A stretch of 64,000 nucleotides of DNA, from positions 5,194,509-5,258,508 of the forward strand of contig CM082586.2 in the NCBI GenBank assembly GCA_040954595.2, in the 5' to 3' direction. Made by a program: the position numbers and the translations under genes. The notes beneath the pieces are model-generated. The model was not told where the DNA came from. It saw only the letters and a list, made by a program, of their open reading frames with translations, and searched no databases. Below, piece after piece: positions 39,760 to 53,085 of this stretch (position 1 is its first letter; every line of letters starts with the position of its first letter). Origin of the DNA: Balanoglossus misakiensis. Taxonomy: Eukaryota; Animalia; Hemichordata.

Positions 39760-41527
39760 CTTACCCGTTGCAACTTCTAGCGGTAGCAGCACAAGAACGG
39801 ACAGCCAGTTAAAACAGTCGTGCACCGTTGCGCCAGCGAAGGCCCTGCGAAACTCATCTCTGTTAGCAACCTGCCCCATAGCGACAATGGTGTTGGTGAC
39901 GGATGTGCCGATGTTGGTTCCCATTATCATGGGAATGGCCTGTTCGACTGTAATGACTGGCAGCGAAAAATATTAATAAACGTTAAACAATGAAACTAAG
40001 GAGCGTGATGCTGTGACTCACTCACTCATGAGACAGCCAAGTCAGAGATCAAACATACACGTATTCTTCTGGACATATCGCTCAGAAATCAAGCTGTTAT
40101 ACATTCACTGACAGCCATCGATACAAAATGGCGGAGCTGAACTTACTATCGGCCGCCACCATGGAAACGACGATGGAAGTCGTGGTGCTGGAGCTTTGCA
40201 GCAGCACGGTTGCCAGGATACCGATCATCAAACCGCTGACAGGGTTGTTCAGGAGCTCACTTTCGCTCATGGCAGCGCCCGCGGCGGTGCCACCCAGCAC
40301 CGTGAAGGCATCGCCCATCAAGTCCAGGGCGATCAGAAAAATGTACAGAAACGTCAACACGAGCAGGACTTTCCCGATCCAGTCGATAAGAACTCGTTTT
40401 ACCTTCCCACATCCAGTCAGTTCTATCAACAGGAAAAAAATATAGCCATACATCTCATGCCATAGATCATCGTATACTCGTGTATATAATTCCACATCAT
40501 TCTACGTCATGCGTAGATCGTCTTGCGTGACTAGAGCAAACAATCTTATTTTACATACAACGGACACTCTAAGTAGGGCCGACCAAGATACGAGGACAGA
40601 CACTAAGCGTTTTGTAGGAAGTGGGCTTACTTCTACTTCTAAGCAAGAGACTTTTGGTTTGGGATAAAACAGTGATTAAAAAAATGTATATTGGTCGTTT
40701 TTGTTGCCTTGGTTATAATGTGTTACCGAAGTACTGAAATGCTGACAGCATACAGTATACTGACTTCAAAATGGTTGGCCAATATCAGTTTTACTGTCTG
40801 GAGAAAAAAATGAATCGTATGTGCCCTTCAAATCAAGGTATTTGGGTCAAGTTAGTATACAGAGTTGGCCTTGTGACATGATAAATTTCCACAGACAGTA
40901 GAAATGGTGACGAACATTCTTTCGGGTTACCACCACAAAATTCATTCTAATTCCCAAAAGAGCGATTCCTTTCGATGAACCCTTATTCAACACGAATATT
41001 TTACAGCTTCGAGCGAAACAGACACTTGGATAATTTGTAAGAAACGAATGAGGTTTTGCTAAGAAGGAAGTCGAGACTGGCTGCGTTTGAGACTAACCTG
41101 ACCACGGCGTGGTTGTATCCTTCAAATCTGGTACAACTTCGAAAGGGTCGATTGGCTCCTCCGTTTTGTCTTCGTCTTCCAGGACGAGCGAGACAGCATC
41201 GCCGTCGGCGCTCTTGTCCGTTTTCGTTACGCCATTCGCCACTACCTTATCCGAAAGGCCGTTCTCTTGCAGCTTTTCTGTATCGCTATCGTCTGCTAAG
41301 TCGGCCTTGTCGGGCATCTCGTCGGCTGGTGCTTCTTCGCCGCCGTCCAGATGGAGAGAGACAGCATCGCCGTCGGCGTTCTTGTCAGTCTTCGTTACGC
41401 CGTTCGCCACTACCTCATCCGAAGTGTCGTTCTTTGCTGTGTCTCCGTCGTCTGCTCTGTCTGCCTTGTCGGACAGCTCTACAGCTGTCGCCTCTCCGAA
41501 CATATGCTCCGTTACGTCAGCTGGCAT
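37849..41527 (-). CDS. SLC34/NaPi-II sodium-phosphate cotransporter, copy A (6 coding exons)
   Basis: Exons approx. 41527-41098, 40423-40146, 39956-39765, 39593-39484, 39223-39039, 38822-37849. Two QSSS repeats, [35 protein letters not shown] and a Cys-rich C-terminal tail. Confidence 0.93.
39653..39759. repeat. (CAT)n microsatellite with a few CAC units
   Basis: About 107 bp of trinucleotide repeat inside the 171-bp intron 39594-39764 of SLC34 copy A. Confidence 0.97.
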
Positions 41528-42950
41528 TTTGCTGTCTCGCGGGCGGCGAAATATGCTGCGAAATTAGTAAAAGAAAACGAAATAATCATAAGATTGAAAT
41601 ACACACGAAAGAACGACACTGTCCAAGCAGCCAATGGCTTCCAAAAATTCCAATGGCTTCCAAAAAATTTCTTCGAACGACAAAATGTGAAATCTTTCGG
41701 AAGACATTTCTGTAACACTACTTACCTGTGCTGTCACAAGGCCCCAAGTGGGAGATGCCGAGCAACTCCGGCGGTGGTCTATACTAACAGAAATTGTACC
41801 GTTACATAATATTTGAAGATTAAAAATTTGCCATTGTTGATCTTGGTGATATCTCTTGGAGAACTCGGTGACGAATCACGCCACTGTACATCTTCGTAAG
41901 CCAAATAACAGGTAAAGCGGACAACTTGACAGCACAAAATAGAAATTGAAGGTATCGAATTGACTGCCTCATATCATAAACTTTAATTTGCAAAATCTGG
42001 TTTCTTCTGAGTAATACTACATTGCACCAAAAACTTGGCGTCATGTTCGGCCCATCCATGTCACGCATAACTGGGACAGCCTCACAAGGGGCAAGTTACG
42101 TAAATTACAAGATACGATATTCCGATGGGATGACTGTCGTGATGAGCTCATGACAATTCGTGGGTATATCGTGTATTGTGGCGATGATGTTGTCAAAAAT
42201 ATAACGTTACACCAAAAAACAACTTACGAAAAAACTGTTTCTAAACCTAGCTTGGACAGGCAATATCTACGTTAACTGTCACTTTTCGTACCTACAAGCT
42301 TGCAGCCTCAGTAGGACAACAAACTTATTTTTTGTTTAAATCATCCGCGACATTTTCGTCCAATTATAATAACCAACTAGGCCTATCAAGTACAGCTTCG
42401 TTGGCAAACCGTGCTAGAGGTTACATCATAGTTCATACAACTTGACATATGCTTCCCATGTGCCTTACACGTGGAGCTGGGCCAATCAGACAGTCGCCAC
42501 AGCGTGGATCCTCCGGATGGTGCGACTAGAGTTCATCTAAATATAGATACTGGACTCTGACACTGAAGTAGATAACACTTCAGCAGCTTATCGCAGGTGG
42601 GTAAACGATTGCAACTGCAAAGGTACACGTCCTTGACAGCTCATTTATGACGTCACAGCCGAAACAGCATTTCAAATTTTGCAGTATTATAGTAGTAAAC
42701 TTGACGATGGTTTGAAAATTTTAATAAAAAATGCTTCTTAAATGTGTACAGATACCATGCAGTTGGATCCTTCGGCGTCGCCTTAATAAACCACTGCGCT
42801 ATATACACGTAGCTTAAATGGACAAAGTCTCTCTCTCTGGGGTTGAAGACAACACGAAAGAATGGCAGGATATCAGCCTGGATGCTTTTGATCTGGTCAA
42901 ACTTGTTCGTATGAAATAAAATACCCATATGGAAAATTGCTATCGATGAT

Positions 42951-43177
42951 GGCGCCCTCGAACAAGAGATTTTACACCAAGCACAGTTTATTTTGTTCAT
43001 AGGGCCAGGCGCCCTCAAACGAGAGATTTTACAGATGCACAGTTTATTTTGTTCAGAGGTCCAGGCGCCCTCAAACGAGATATTTTACACCATGCACAGT
43101 TTATTTTGTTCATAGGTCCAGGCGCCCTCAAACGAGAGATTTTACAGCATGCACAGTTTATTTTGTTAAAGGGTCCG
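42951..43177. repeat. Minisatellite, 56-57-bp unit, about 4 copies
   Basis: Units beginning GGCGCCCTC at 42951, 43008, 43064 and 43121; consensus ggcgccctcaaacgagagattttacaccatgcacagtttattttgttcataggtcca. Confidence 0.92.
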
Positions 43178-43877
43178 ATATCCAAATGTAAGGTTGGGAC
43201 AATTTTTTTCTCTGCTATATAAGGTACGACCATGTGGGTATCATGCGTCTGCACGTGCGGATCCGGGTATTAAATAAATGGTAAATTACCAATTCCTACA
43301 TGCACTGTTCTGTCAAGTGTGCAAATGTGCGGTTGGCGTCCATTAGAGGAATAACTCTTAATGAGTTCCGTCTCCCGGCTGACATTGCATACCATGGGCC
43401 AGTGTACATGGTACACAAGATACCAGAAATATTTTGTTGAAAACGACAAATTCCGTGCTTTAAAGCCAATATTTTAGGTAGACTTAGTTCCTTTTGTGAT
43501 TCGTGTAAACAGTGTAGTTAGCGATGCTTGACGACCGAGGGGGAAAGCACCCTTCACTGTATGTTCCGGGTCTTTGTTCATGGTCCGTTCGGATCCGGAT
43601 TCTGGTCGTGGTTTCCGCTTAACAGGAAGATATTTTAATTTTTGCACATGGGCTAATTTAGCATATGACTACAGTAGTTTGATTGTTGGATATTGAAATT
43701 AAACGCATTCCATGTTGTCTAAATGTTACGGATATATTCCGGATATTATTATCGCCGTCAAAAAACATGCCCTTTATTCACTATTTACAAAATTAAAGCG
43801 TTCAATAAGATTCAAAACTCAAATCGGTTTTGTAGAAAAAAATACTAACTACAGCTAGCTCCGTCTATCTTGGGTTT

Positions 43878-44390
43878 TGTTACGGTAGAAATAACCGGGA
43901 GCACACAGTGGAGTTTGTAGTTCAACAACAGAATATTTAATTGAACAATTAGCTTTCTATAATCAAAGGGTCTCACGGAAAAATGTTCTATGTGTTTTTA
44001 CCCTGCTTGGTCGAGGAGTTATTGAGTCCACAAAAGTCCTGGCCGAACTCAAGCTTCACCAAGGCACAGAAGTCCGTTGCTGACAAAATCCGTCATTCAC
44101 AGAAGCCAGTTGCTCACAGTAGTCCGTTGCTCATGAAGTCCGTTGCTCATGAAGTCCAGACCAGCTATATAGTTAGATTCCAAATTCCCAAGGCGATGTG
44201 GAGTGACGTGCTCCTCCCAGGCAGTGTTGAGAAGTGTTCCTCGTGGTTTTTGTGAGAATGCCTTTCATATGGGTAACCATCTGGTTAACTAATATTTAAA
44301 TGAACTAGTTGAAAAGGCAGGGCCTTTTGTTATGCAAAGAAAAAGCTACCCCTCTCTCGACCAAGCAACTAAACAGGGTGTATCGTAACA
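43878..44390. mobile_element. Probable solo LTR, 513 bp
   Basis: Ends TGTTACG...CGTAACA (7-bp inverted repeat). Flanks GGTTT/GGTTA match at 4 of 5 positions. Internal TATA-like ctatatag and short GAAGTCCGTTGCT repeats. Confidence 0.65.
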
Positions 44391-44599
44391 GGTTATAAAC
44401 TGAATCAACTAAAAACTATTTACAATAAATATGACTGATATTTTGGCTTCAAATTAAATATTACTTCAAATGACAGACCATGTAACCGACAGGTAGCAAA
44501 TTTGGTTATACAAATGTACTGGTAGCAATGGTATGTTACCAAAACATGAATTTTAAAATTAATTACGCGCCATAGCTAGCATATGTTGTGTTTGGTTAA

Positions 44600-47500
44600 T
44601 TAGGTCATTGTTATGTCGTCACGATTGTTGCCAGGAGCAACACTGTTATCCTTGTCACCGGAAGCAGACGACACTGTCTCTGCCTCGGCTTGAACAGACA
44701 TCTCCAGGCCAGTGTCTTCCTCTGCTTTGATCTGAGTGTCACTAAATCCATTCGAGGGATCCACTCTAAAACTTACATATGACTCCACTGTGTGCATATC
44801 CCCAAGTATTTCGTCGCCATCCTCGTTCAGAACCTCCCCGCCACATCGACCGCAGCATGTACACTTCCTTCTACAACCAGCCTTGCAAAGCTTGCAACCG
44901 TGTATGCTCTTTGTGATGAGACTGTCGTAGGGTTTCAGTGACCGCATGAACGCGGGCAGGAATTCCCACGTCCTCAGTTTTGCTGGCAGACACCTTGAAC
45001 ATTTGCTTTGGAGTAGGTTCATTAGTATTACCAATGCGACGATGGCGCCGGCTATGATGCTGACTAGCGCGAGCCACTGCCACCCAGCTGCTATGGCCAG
45101 CACCAACACTACGATGGGCAGGATGAAGAAGACCCCGAATATATAGGCAAGTGAGAACCAGCGATACTCTGCAGTTATGTTACCGAAGTAAGTGGCGGCC
45201 TTTATAGCTGGTCTGCGTGTTATCGGTATCGGATAGTACAGAATAATTGCTGTCAAGTTGAAAAACATGTGGCACAATGATATTTGAACACCTTCAACGA
45301 AGTCAACCGAGTCTGAACTTGCGAAGGCAGCTATCAGACTCGTGAAAGTCGTCCCCAGGTTTGCGCCTAAAGTCAGCGGGTACATTCTCTCCAGCTTGAT
45401 CATGCCCATGCCGACTAAAGGCGTCAGCAAAGACGTGAACACCGAGCTACTCTGCAGCAACATGGTGAACAAGCAGCCGAGCAAGATGGCGATGTATCCG
45501 GTCAGCCACGAAAGGTATCCTGGGAAACTGGCATTGAGGAACTTTTTCGTGCTGGAGGCGGCGCTGCCCCGCAGCATTGAGGTCAGCACCTTCACGACGC
45601 CAATCAGACAGCACATCAGCAGCACCAACGATAAAACCAACAGAATGACTCCAATAATTTGATCGGCCAGGTCACAGTAAGCGAACAGGAAGTTGCCTGC
45701 AAGGGAGCAGAGAGAGAGAGCGATTCGTGAAAAGACCAATCTACAAACAATATTCATACGCACGACAAGCGCAACATGTTCGTGTTCACTACTGGTCTTT
45801 GCTACTGTACAGAAAATGAAACTATTTTGTCAAAGCGAACTTACATCTCTCGATATACTCTGTGTAGTTATGCACCTCGGTGTAATTATAAAGGGTCCCA
45901 TTTTCATCGTATACCGTCTCGTTGTAATAGTATTCTTCAGTAACACACCACCTCTTGACAAGACTTTCTTCGCCCGGTTCCGTGATGCCCAGCGCAACTC
46001 GTTCTAGTACTTCCATGTCAAGCTGTCGAGAAATATTTCAATCGCATATAAGCCAAATACTACGGGTGAATAAACCCATGAAGAACTTCAAAATTGTAGA
46101 CTACAGGTGGCTTTTCATTAAAAAAAATTCTTGCTCTTTTTTTACTATAACCGATGGTCAGTACATTCCTTCTGTGCTGTTTAAACCGTTTCCGTTGTAT
46201 TTTCCTTTCAGAAAATGGAATTTATCTCACTTGTATTATCAGCTCAACGACTGGGTCCGTTATCTTGATTCGGTCTGATCCGGCGATCTGCTGCAGGTTG
46301 GAACTATCCACGATAGCTGACGTCAGGTGGTACAGGTACCCAGTGAGCACCTCTATCGGCAGCAGCACGAACACGGCCAGCCAGTTGAAGCAGTCGTGCA
46401 CCGTGGCGCCGGCGAACGACCGACGGAAGATGTCCCTGTCTCCAGCCTGCCCCCCGGCAACGATGGTGTTCGTCACAGAGGTGCCCAGATTGGCGCCCAT
46501 CACCATGGGTATTGCTTCGGGGACGTCGATTACTGTAAATAGGTCAGGCCCCAATTATTTCACGCAAGTATAGAGCATCAATATTTAGCGTGACCTTGAT
46601 TTACTGACACCATCGGTTCGGGTGAACAATAGAGTAACATTGAACTAGTTAAGTGCAATGTACTATGCAATGACGTCATTGGTTAGATGCCAAGTAAGAA
46701 CTGACAACGGGTATATCGCGTTTGACGGCATCAAGTTTTACAGTGGAAAATTAAACTAATAATATTATGTCAACTTAATATTGGATAAATGTTACCAAGA
46801 TACTTCTGATCCCGTTTTACTGATCAATGGCCTGCTAGAATTGCCATCTATATATGTTTAGAATAAATGCATACAAAGTTTAACTATGGGTTCTCATAAC
46901 AACACTTACTATTGGCCGCCACCATGGAAACAATGATGGAAGTAGTGGCGCTGGAGCTCTGCAGAAGCACCGTGACCAGCATGCCCACCATCAGACCGAC
47001 CATCGCGTTCTCCAGGATGCTGCTCTCCGATAGGGCGGCGCCGGCAGCAGACCCGCCAATCAGGGTGAAGGCGTCTCCCATCAAGGCCAAGGCCACGATG
47101 AAGAAGTAGAGAAAGAAGAGCACAGCTAACGGCTTGCCGATCCAATCCCTCCAAACCCTCTTGCATTTGCCAGGAGTCGTCAGTTCTTTAAATAAAGTTA
47201 GAGTGAAAAATGTCACTTTGCCTGTTTTTTTTGATAAACATTCATATGCATATACATGTATATATTATGGCACTTGTTTAGTCAGTTTCATATAGTAAAT
47301 GAGATGACCGTATAACTTGAAAATGCAAAATAGGTTCTTACCGGACCATTTACGTTTGTCGGACGCCGCGAAGTATGACAACGATTCCCAAGGGTCTTCG
47401 ATTTTGTCCTGCCCGTCGTTTGTATTTTCTATCCCGACGACAACTGGCCCTGCATCGCTGTCATCATGAATTTCAACGTCAAACATTTCTTCGGTGTCCG

Positions 47501-48380
47501 TGTCCTCCAGACTGCCACTCACGGTGTTAACTCCGTAAGCGGGAGGATCGTCGTTCGCAGCCGCGTCCGTCTTTTCGAGTGTCCGCGCAGCATCTGCGTC
47601 AGGCGCCGGTGGGGTTTGAACGGCCGCGCCGGCGTCTGACACATCAGCGTGCGAGGTAAGAGTTGGGCCCGGGGCCGGGGATGCAGTCTCTTCGTCGTTG
47701 CCCGCATTGTCGACCACAGTGTCGGCTTGTGAACGTAATTCTGAATCGGAAAATCAGAGAATGCAAGAAATTTATGACAATTGGTGAAATCTGCCAAGTA
47801 TGCATTGAAGCATACACAATGCGCGTTTTGAGGGCAGATGGTGATTTGAAATTTCTTATATATATGGGATAGATGGGATTTCAAGTTTCTCATACATATT
47901 GGGTAGTGTACCCGAATTGGATCAGTGTTTGGGTTCACAGAGACACCTACCTAACCTAGCAAGTTCTTCTTCGAGCTCCCTATCTCGCTCGGACGTATCC
48001 TCCAATTCTAAAAGGTTTGTCGTTGAGGTGTTTCGGCTTGCGAAGGCACTGGACGCGGCACTTGGCGCGGCAGATGGTGCCGCGCTGGACGCCACACTGG
48101 ACGACTGGCTTGGGATTGGCTGATAATGAAAATTGCGATAGGAACCGGGCGAGCCTGTGGTCGAAGACGCTCTGGACGGCGGCTCCGATTCGCTGTCTGG
48201 CCACTTGACTTCTTTCTTGGTCTTCTTCGGCACCTCTTGCCCATTTTTGGTATCTGCGTCATTTTGCGTGGAAGGATGCTCAGTGATCGTCGTTAGTGTC
48301 TCCGGTTCGACTGTTTTCAAAGCAATGCCGCCGTTGGCAGTCACGGTTTTAATTTGGGCAGTTTTTTGGTCTTCCTCCAT
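44600..48380 (-). CDS. SLC34/NaPi-II cotransporter, copy B, with a long two-exon N-terminus
   Basis: Exons approx. 48380-47951, 47740-47342, 47186-46909, 46533-46231, 46023-45845, 45697-44600. Two QSSS repeats, [35 protein letters not shown] and a Cys cluster in the C-terminal tail. Confidence 0.92.
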
Positions 48381-51300
48381 TTCGACTTAGTCCGTCTATA
48401 CCCTGAAGTTTGTCGCAAGCTCTTCTCTGTCTCTACCCAGAAATCGGCCGTCACCTCTTCCGGTCGTGTATCTGCCGACGACTCGAAATATAATGCCGAT
48501 TCATTTAAACCAATCTTTTTATCTGCAACAAAGAACACAAATCTAGCTCTAAAACTGAGGGAAATAAAATTATAAAATGGTGAAGAAAAATGCTACGCCT
48601 TAAACGGTGACTAATCTCAACCGGAACACGATCTTTTCGCGCCAATATTTTATCAATTGTGGAGATACTGTACCTCAGTATACATGCATAAGTATGCGTT
48701 ATCACTATGGGCGTGAAAATACTTTGGACAGAGAAGAATATACACGCATGAATGACAGTTATCCTGTTACTATAGGCTACGGGGAAATAGCGATTTATTC
48801 ACAAGGTTTTGATTAGGTGATTGATTCATCATGATACCAATGGCGCTGAACAGGCAATCGTGTTAACGATTTACCTGAATAAATGTCGTGTATGCACATG
48901 ACACCTGTCTGGGTCAACCCAACCCTGACAATGTTGACCACGCGGTCCCGAAAAGTGTCGATGTACATCTGTTGATCTTGACATCGACTGAACAATATTA
49001 AATATTTGAAGATGTTGGAACAACGGAAAGCGGTGACTATGAAATTATAGAATACGTCAATGAAACTTCAAAGTTTCATCGACGCATGTTTTTCTATCGT
49101 TCACCATTTGCGAAAAGGCAAGGTTACATTAAAAGTCAAATAAAAATAGATTCTGGAATAGCGGGGCACAAGTACCTAAATCGGATAGACTTCGTTCAAC
49201 TAAAGAAAATGTTTCGTGTAAAATTTACCTTAACTTTTAGGTGTGGCGACTTCACTTCCCCTCAATGTCATAAATTCAAATGCAGCATCGCGGCCAACAT
49301 TCGGCAATGCATGCCTTACCGGTGTATGCCTGCTGCCCGCCACACCACGTGTTCCAAAGAGGTGTAACCTCACTCACTGATAACATGCAGAGTTTGACCT
49401 TAGACCTTTACCTTCTACAGGGTCTATGGTACAACGACACCTATTGGCCAACCAGTGATAACGTCATTGAAGACGATTTATAATTGTCACACCGGGTTCG
49501 TAGTCCGATTCAAGAAGATCCCGTGGCCAACTTCCTGTCATAATTGAAATATTCAGTAACTTGTTGTTTCTGCTGGTGATTTTATACACCAAACGACTGC
49601 GTATGAGACTACATTCTCAAACACTGAACAGGGAATATGAAGAATACTTGATTGAACTTCTGAAATGCTTGAGTGACCATTTTGGCGCGAGATATAGAAT
49701 CATTAATGCACTCTATGGATTAATTATTATTTTGGTTTGCGGGCCTACCTATATACACATGTATATGACATTTGTAGATCAACGACCTCTGTGTTCCCAT
49801 CTGTGATAATTCGCAAGTTTTCATAGAAATATAGATGCATATTTCTGACTGATGTCAGCGCTAAAATAGGCTATGACGCAGGATATATAAACACTGATAA
49901 CTGCGGTCTGCGGTATATATAAGCAAACTCAACGCACCATACTCAGTTTGAATTAAAGGTGGTGTTCACAATGGACGTCTATATGGACATGAAATGTATA
50001 CAGGAAGATGCGAAAGTTCAGGTAGGCCTTGTCCAACATATTTGTTTTATATTACACGTATCATTACACCTCATTCTGAGCAGTGCATCTCAAGAAACAA
50101 GATGTCAGATGGTGTAAACAGAACTATAACAAAAATGTGTGTGTTTTTCTTCAAACGCACGACGTGTGAGTTGAGTGGGAACGCCTGTGGCGGGTCAGTT
50201 TTTTTGGTTCAAAAAAACTCCCAGCTAGAATTTGTTCGGGGGAGTGGTTGGAACACTCCGACGCATTGTAAAGGTCACATACTGTCTAGTACGCATCGAC
50301 ATTGCCGCTGTCATCTCCGGAGTTTGAGCGGTCGCTGGTCACTGTGTCATCAAGCACAATTCATTTGGTCTGTCCCGCATTTTTGTCTGCTTATCTCCAG
50401 TTCTTTGTACGCTTTGGCAAAGGATATCACCATTGATGAGTGATAAGTCAACAGAATATCTGTGTTCCCAGGCTATGGGTACGAACATCAGTGACCGACT
50501 GATCATGTGTTCACCATGAGGCATCAGTGTGTGTACAATGTGGGGAACTCTGAAATGCTTGCTTAACAAAACGCACCGTGACTGGAAGGTACCAAAAAGA
50601 TAAACAGCAGTTCACATTTGTGGATTTTGAACAGTTTCTTTAGTTCGCTGATATCAGCGTTGTCCTTGCGTAGACAAGGTCATGATGGACGGCCTCAGAG
50701 CATTTACTTATACATGTAGTTATTCCCCATAATATGTTAGATGGAAAAGTCTGGGATAAAGTCGACGATAGTCCAGTTGCATGGTGGGGTAGCCACCTAT
50801 CCTGCACGAATGATGTCTGTCATTTCAGGTAGATTTCTCGATTCAAATGATAGCCCATGGTTTCTGAGTCACCCTTTTCCTGATGGTGAGGCCGGTATAC
50901 CCTTGCGTCTGCACTAAGATACTTTCCTACACGTGGTTAGCTGACTAATGACCCAATGTCGATGTCGACCGGGCTGCGCAGTATACCAATTCTTGCTTGG
51001 CGCATGTTGTCAGAGTGATGTGAACAAAAATCAGGGTTAGGCGCCGGGCGCAGCATGCTAGCTATCTCGGTACACTTTCCCATTCCTGACACCTTGTATA
51101 CCCACCACTCATAAGTGGATCAAAATGATCTCATTGCAATCGCCACATTTCCATTTGCTTCGCTGATCAGGTATTAGGCTAACCATGAAGGATAATGACT
51201 ATTGGCCCTCAGGCTGACTTGGTGTCATGTTATTAAGGAAATGGCCAAAAATCAGAATTATGGTATAGATGGATACACGTATATCTAAATGCATGTATAT

Positions 51301-53085
51301 GGGAAGGTGTCTTTCACGAGTCAACAGCCCAATATGTCCATGTATATGAACATAAACGTTCGTCAGTATACAAAGCTAAGAACACTCCATATTAAAATGG
51401 CTCATACTTACACCAGATTCCCGATCAAAGACAGTCAGTATTCCAATGTGACATATCTTAAATTATCCTGAGTTGATGTCCTTTGCTCTTTGAACCCTGC
51501 CAATTCTTTGGGAAACAATGAGATTCTTTGCTACGTCAGCATTGAACTTTGAAATATGTCTCACTGTTGAAAACTGGCCATATAATATTGGTGAACACAT
51601 GCAGAGCACATGCGCGAATTTAAATGTTTTATGCAAGATTTACCAACTCAAAACGTTCGCCATTAGGGCAAATTTATACAGGTTCTTCTTGCTGTGGCTG
51701 CCCTTCTAATGTTTTGGAAGGAATATATTATTTTGTTTAAATATTTTTACATGGCAGTGGAAACTGCTTAAACGTGTCACACGATATGTCCTCGGCTACA
51801 TATTGTCAACATAGCAAGGCTGACGAATAGACAGAGATCGGAAAGACGATTTAGTGGAGAATCAGTTCTTGGGAGGCAAATGGAAGAAAACAATTACGGT
51901 TTCTAAGAATGCGGATAGAATCAGGATATGTCGAGGTGATATTATTCATTATACAGGCTGGTACATGTTGTATACTGTATACATGTATTGACAATCCGGA
52001 TCCAACCGAGTTTAACAAGGTCTGTTTTTTTTCTATAAGCTCTGGGCACATGCCAAAATCCAATTATAACTTGGTGATAGCGCCTAGCCGAGTGCCCAGT
52101 GTGGTCAAGAATCACGGATGACCACTGCGCAAGTGTATAGCACATGCACTCCACGTGGGATAGCATGTATTGGATTATTATCATGAAATATGTCGAAAAT
52201 GTGACCTGCTGATACAGGTAAGCTATGGTTTGCACCGCCATGTTTGGCAAGGTTGTGACGTGGGCATTGTATATACAGAATTGTTGCTATAGTGACAATG
52301 AACCTGATCTTCGCCCACGTAACAACCGTCGAGGACTTGCAACCGGTTGGGCACAGCAATGTTACTTTACCACAGCAGTGTCGCCAACGTTTGATGCTAA
52401 TATTTATTCGATAAGTTTAGATCGTGGTTATTTATTCAGCATTCTTCTTTACACCATAATAAAATATCGAGTGGTAAATTTCCCAAGGGGAAGAAGGTTA
52501 ACTGCCATTCGTACCAAAGTTTGGTACCATAAATAAAAATAAAACCAATCATAAAATTTCACAATCGGAGTCTAAGTACATGTACTGTTGAGTTGCTCGC
52601 AAAGAATCCGTGCTTATTCTGCGTAATTAAATTTAAAATCGTCGAAAGCGTGAGAGATGATGAGAGTACAGGCCAATTAAGTCAGTCCCTTGTTATGTAA
52701 ACATGGTGGAGAATCCAACCAGTCGCCCATAACATATAGAACGATTGAACCAATGATTTAGTTTTCATACAGTTGTTCAACAGCATTGACTGCATTCATG
52801 TGTATTTTTAGTGATACCAGTACCACAATGTGATATGAATGGATTTCTGTTCAACGTTCACTTGGAAATTAAACAAGCAATTACCAGTTTTAGAAAAATA
52901 ATCAGCCTTTATTGTTTTTTGTAAAGTTTTTGTATACTCAATTTATACATGTGTTTTCTTATAAACTGCCATAAAAGCCTGCAATTACACAGGCTACTGT
53001 CAATTACTATCCGTTAAGTTTTGTCGATTATGTCCCAATATTATTCTCTGAAATTAGACCATTAGAAGCGGAGGAAATATGCCCA

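Noticed and set aside
39554-39760. Poly-Met ORF in the six-frame track
   Set aside because: It is the translation of an intronic (CAT)n microsatellite.
42951-43177. Regularly spaced repeats that could suggest a CRISPR array
   Set aside because: Units are contiguous with no unique spacers, the context is eukaryotic and there are no cas genes.
50300-51250. Coding-like composition on the minus strand between SLC34 copies B and C
   Set aside because: Multiple stops and no family I can identify; possibly an old pseudogene or transposon relic.
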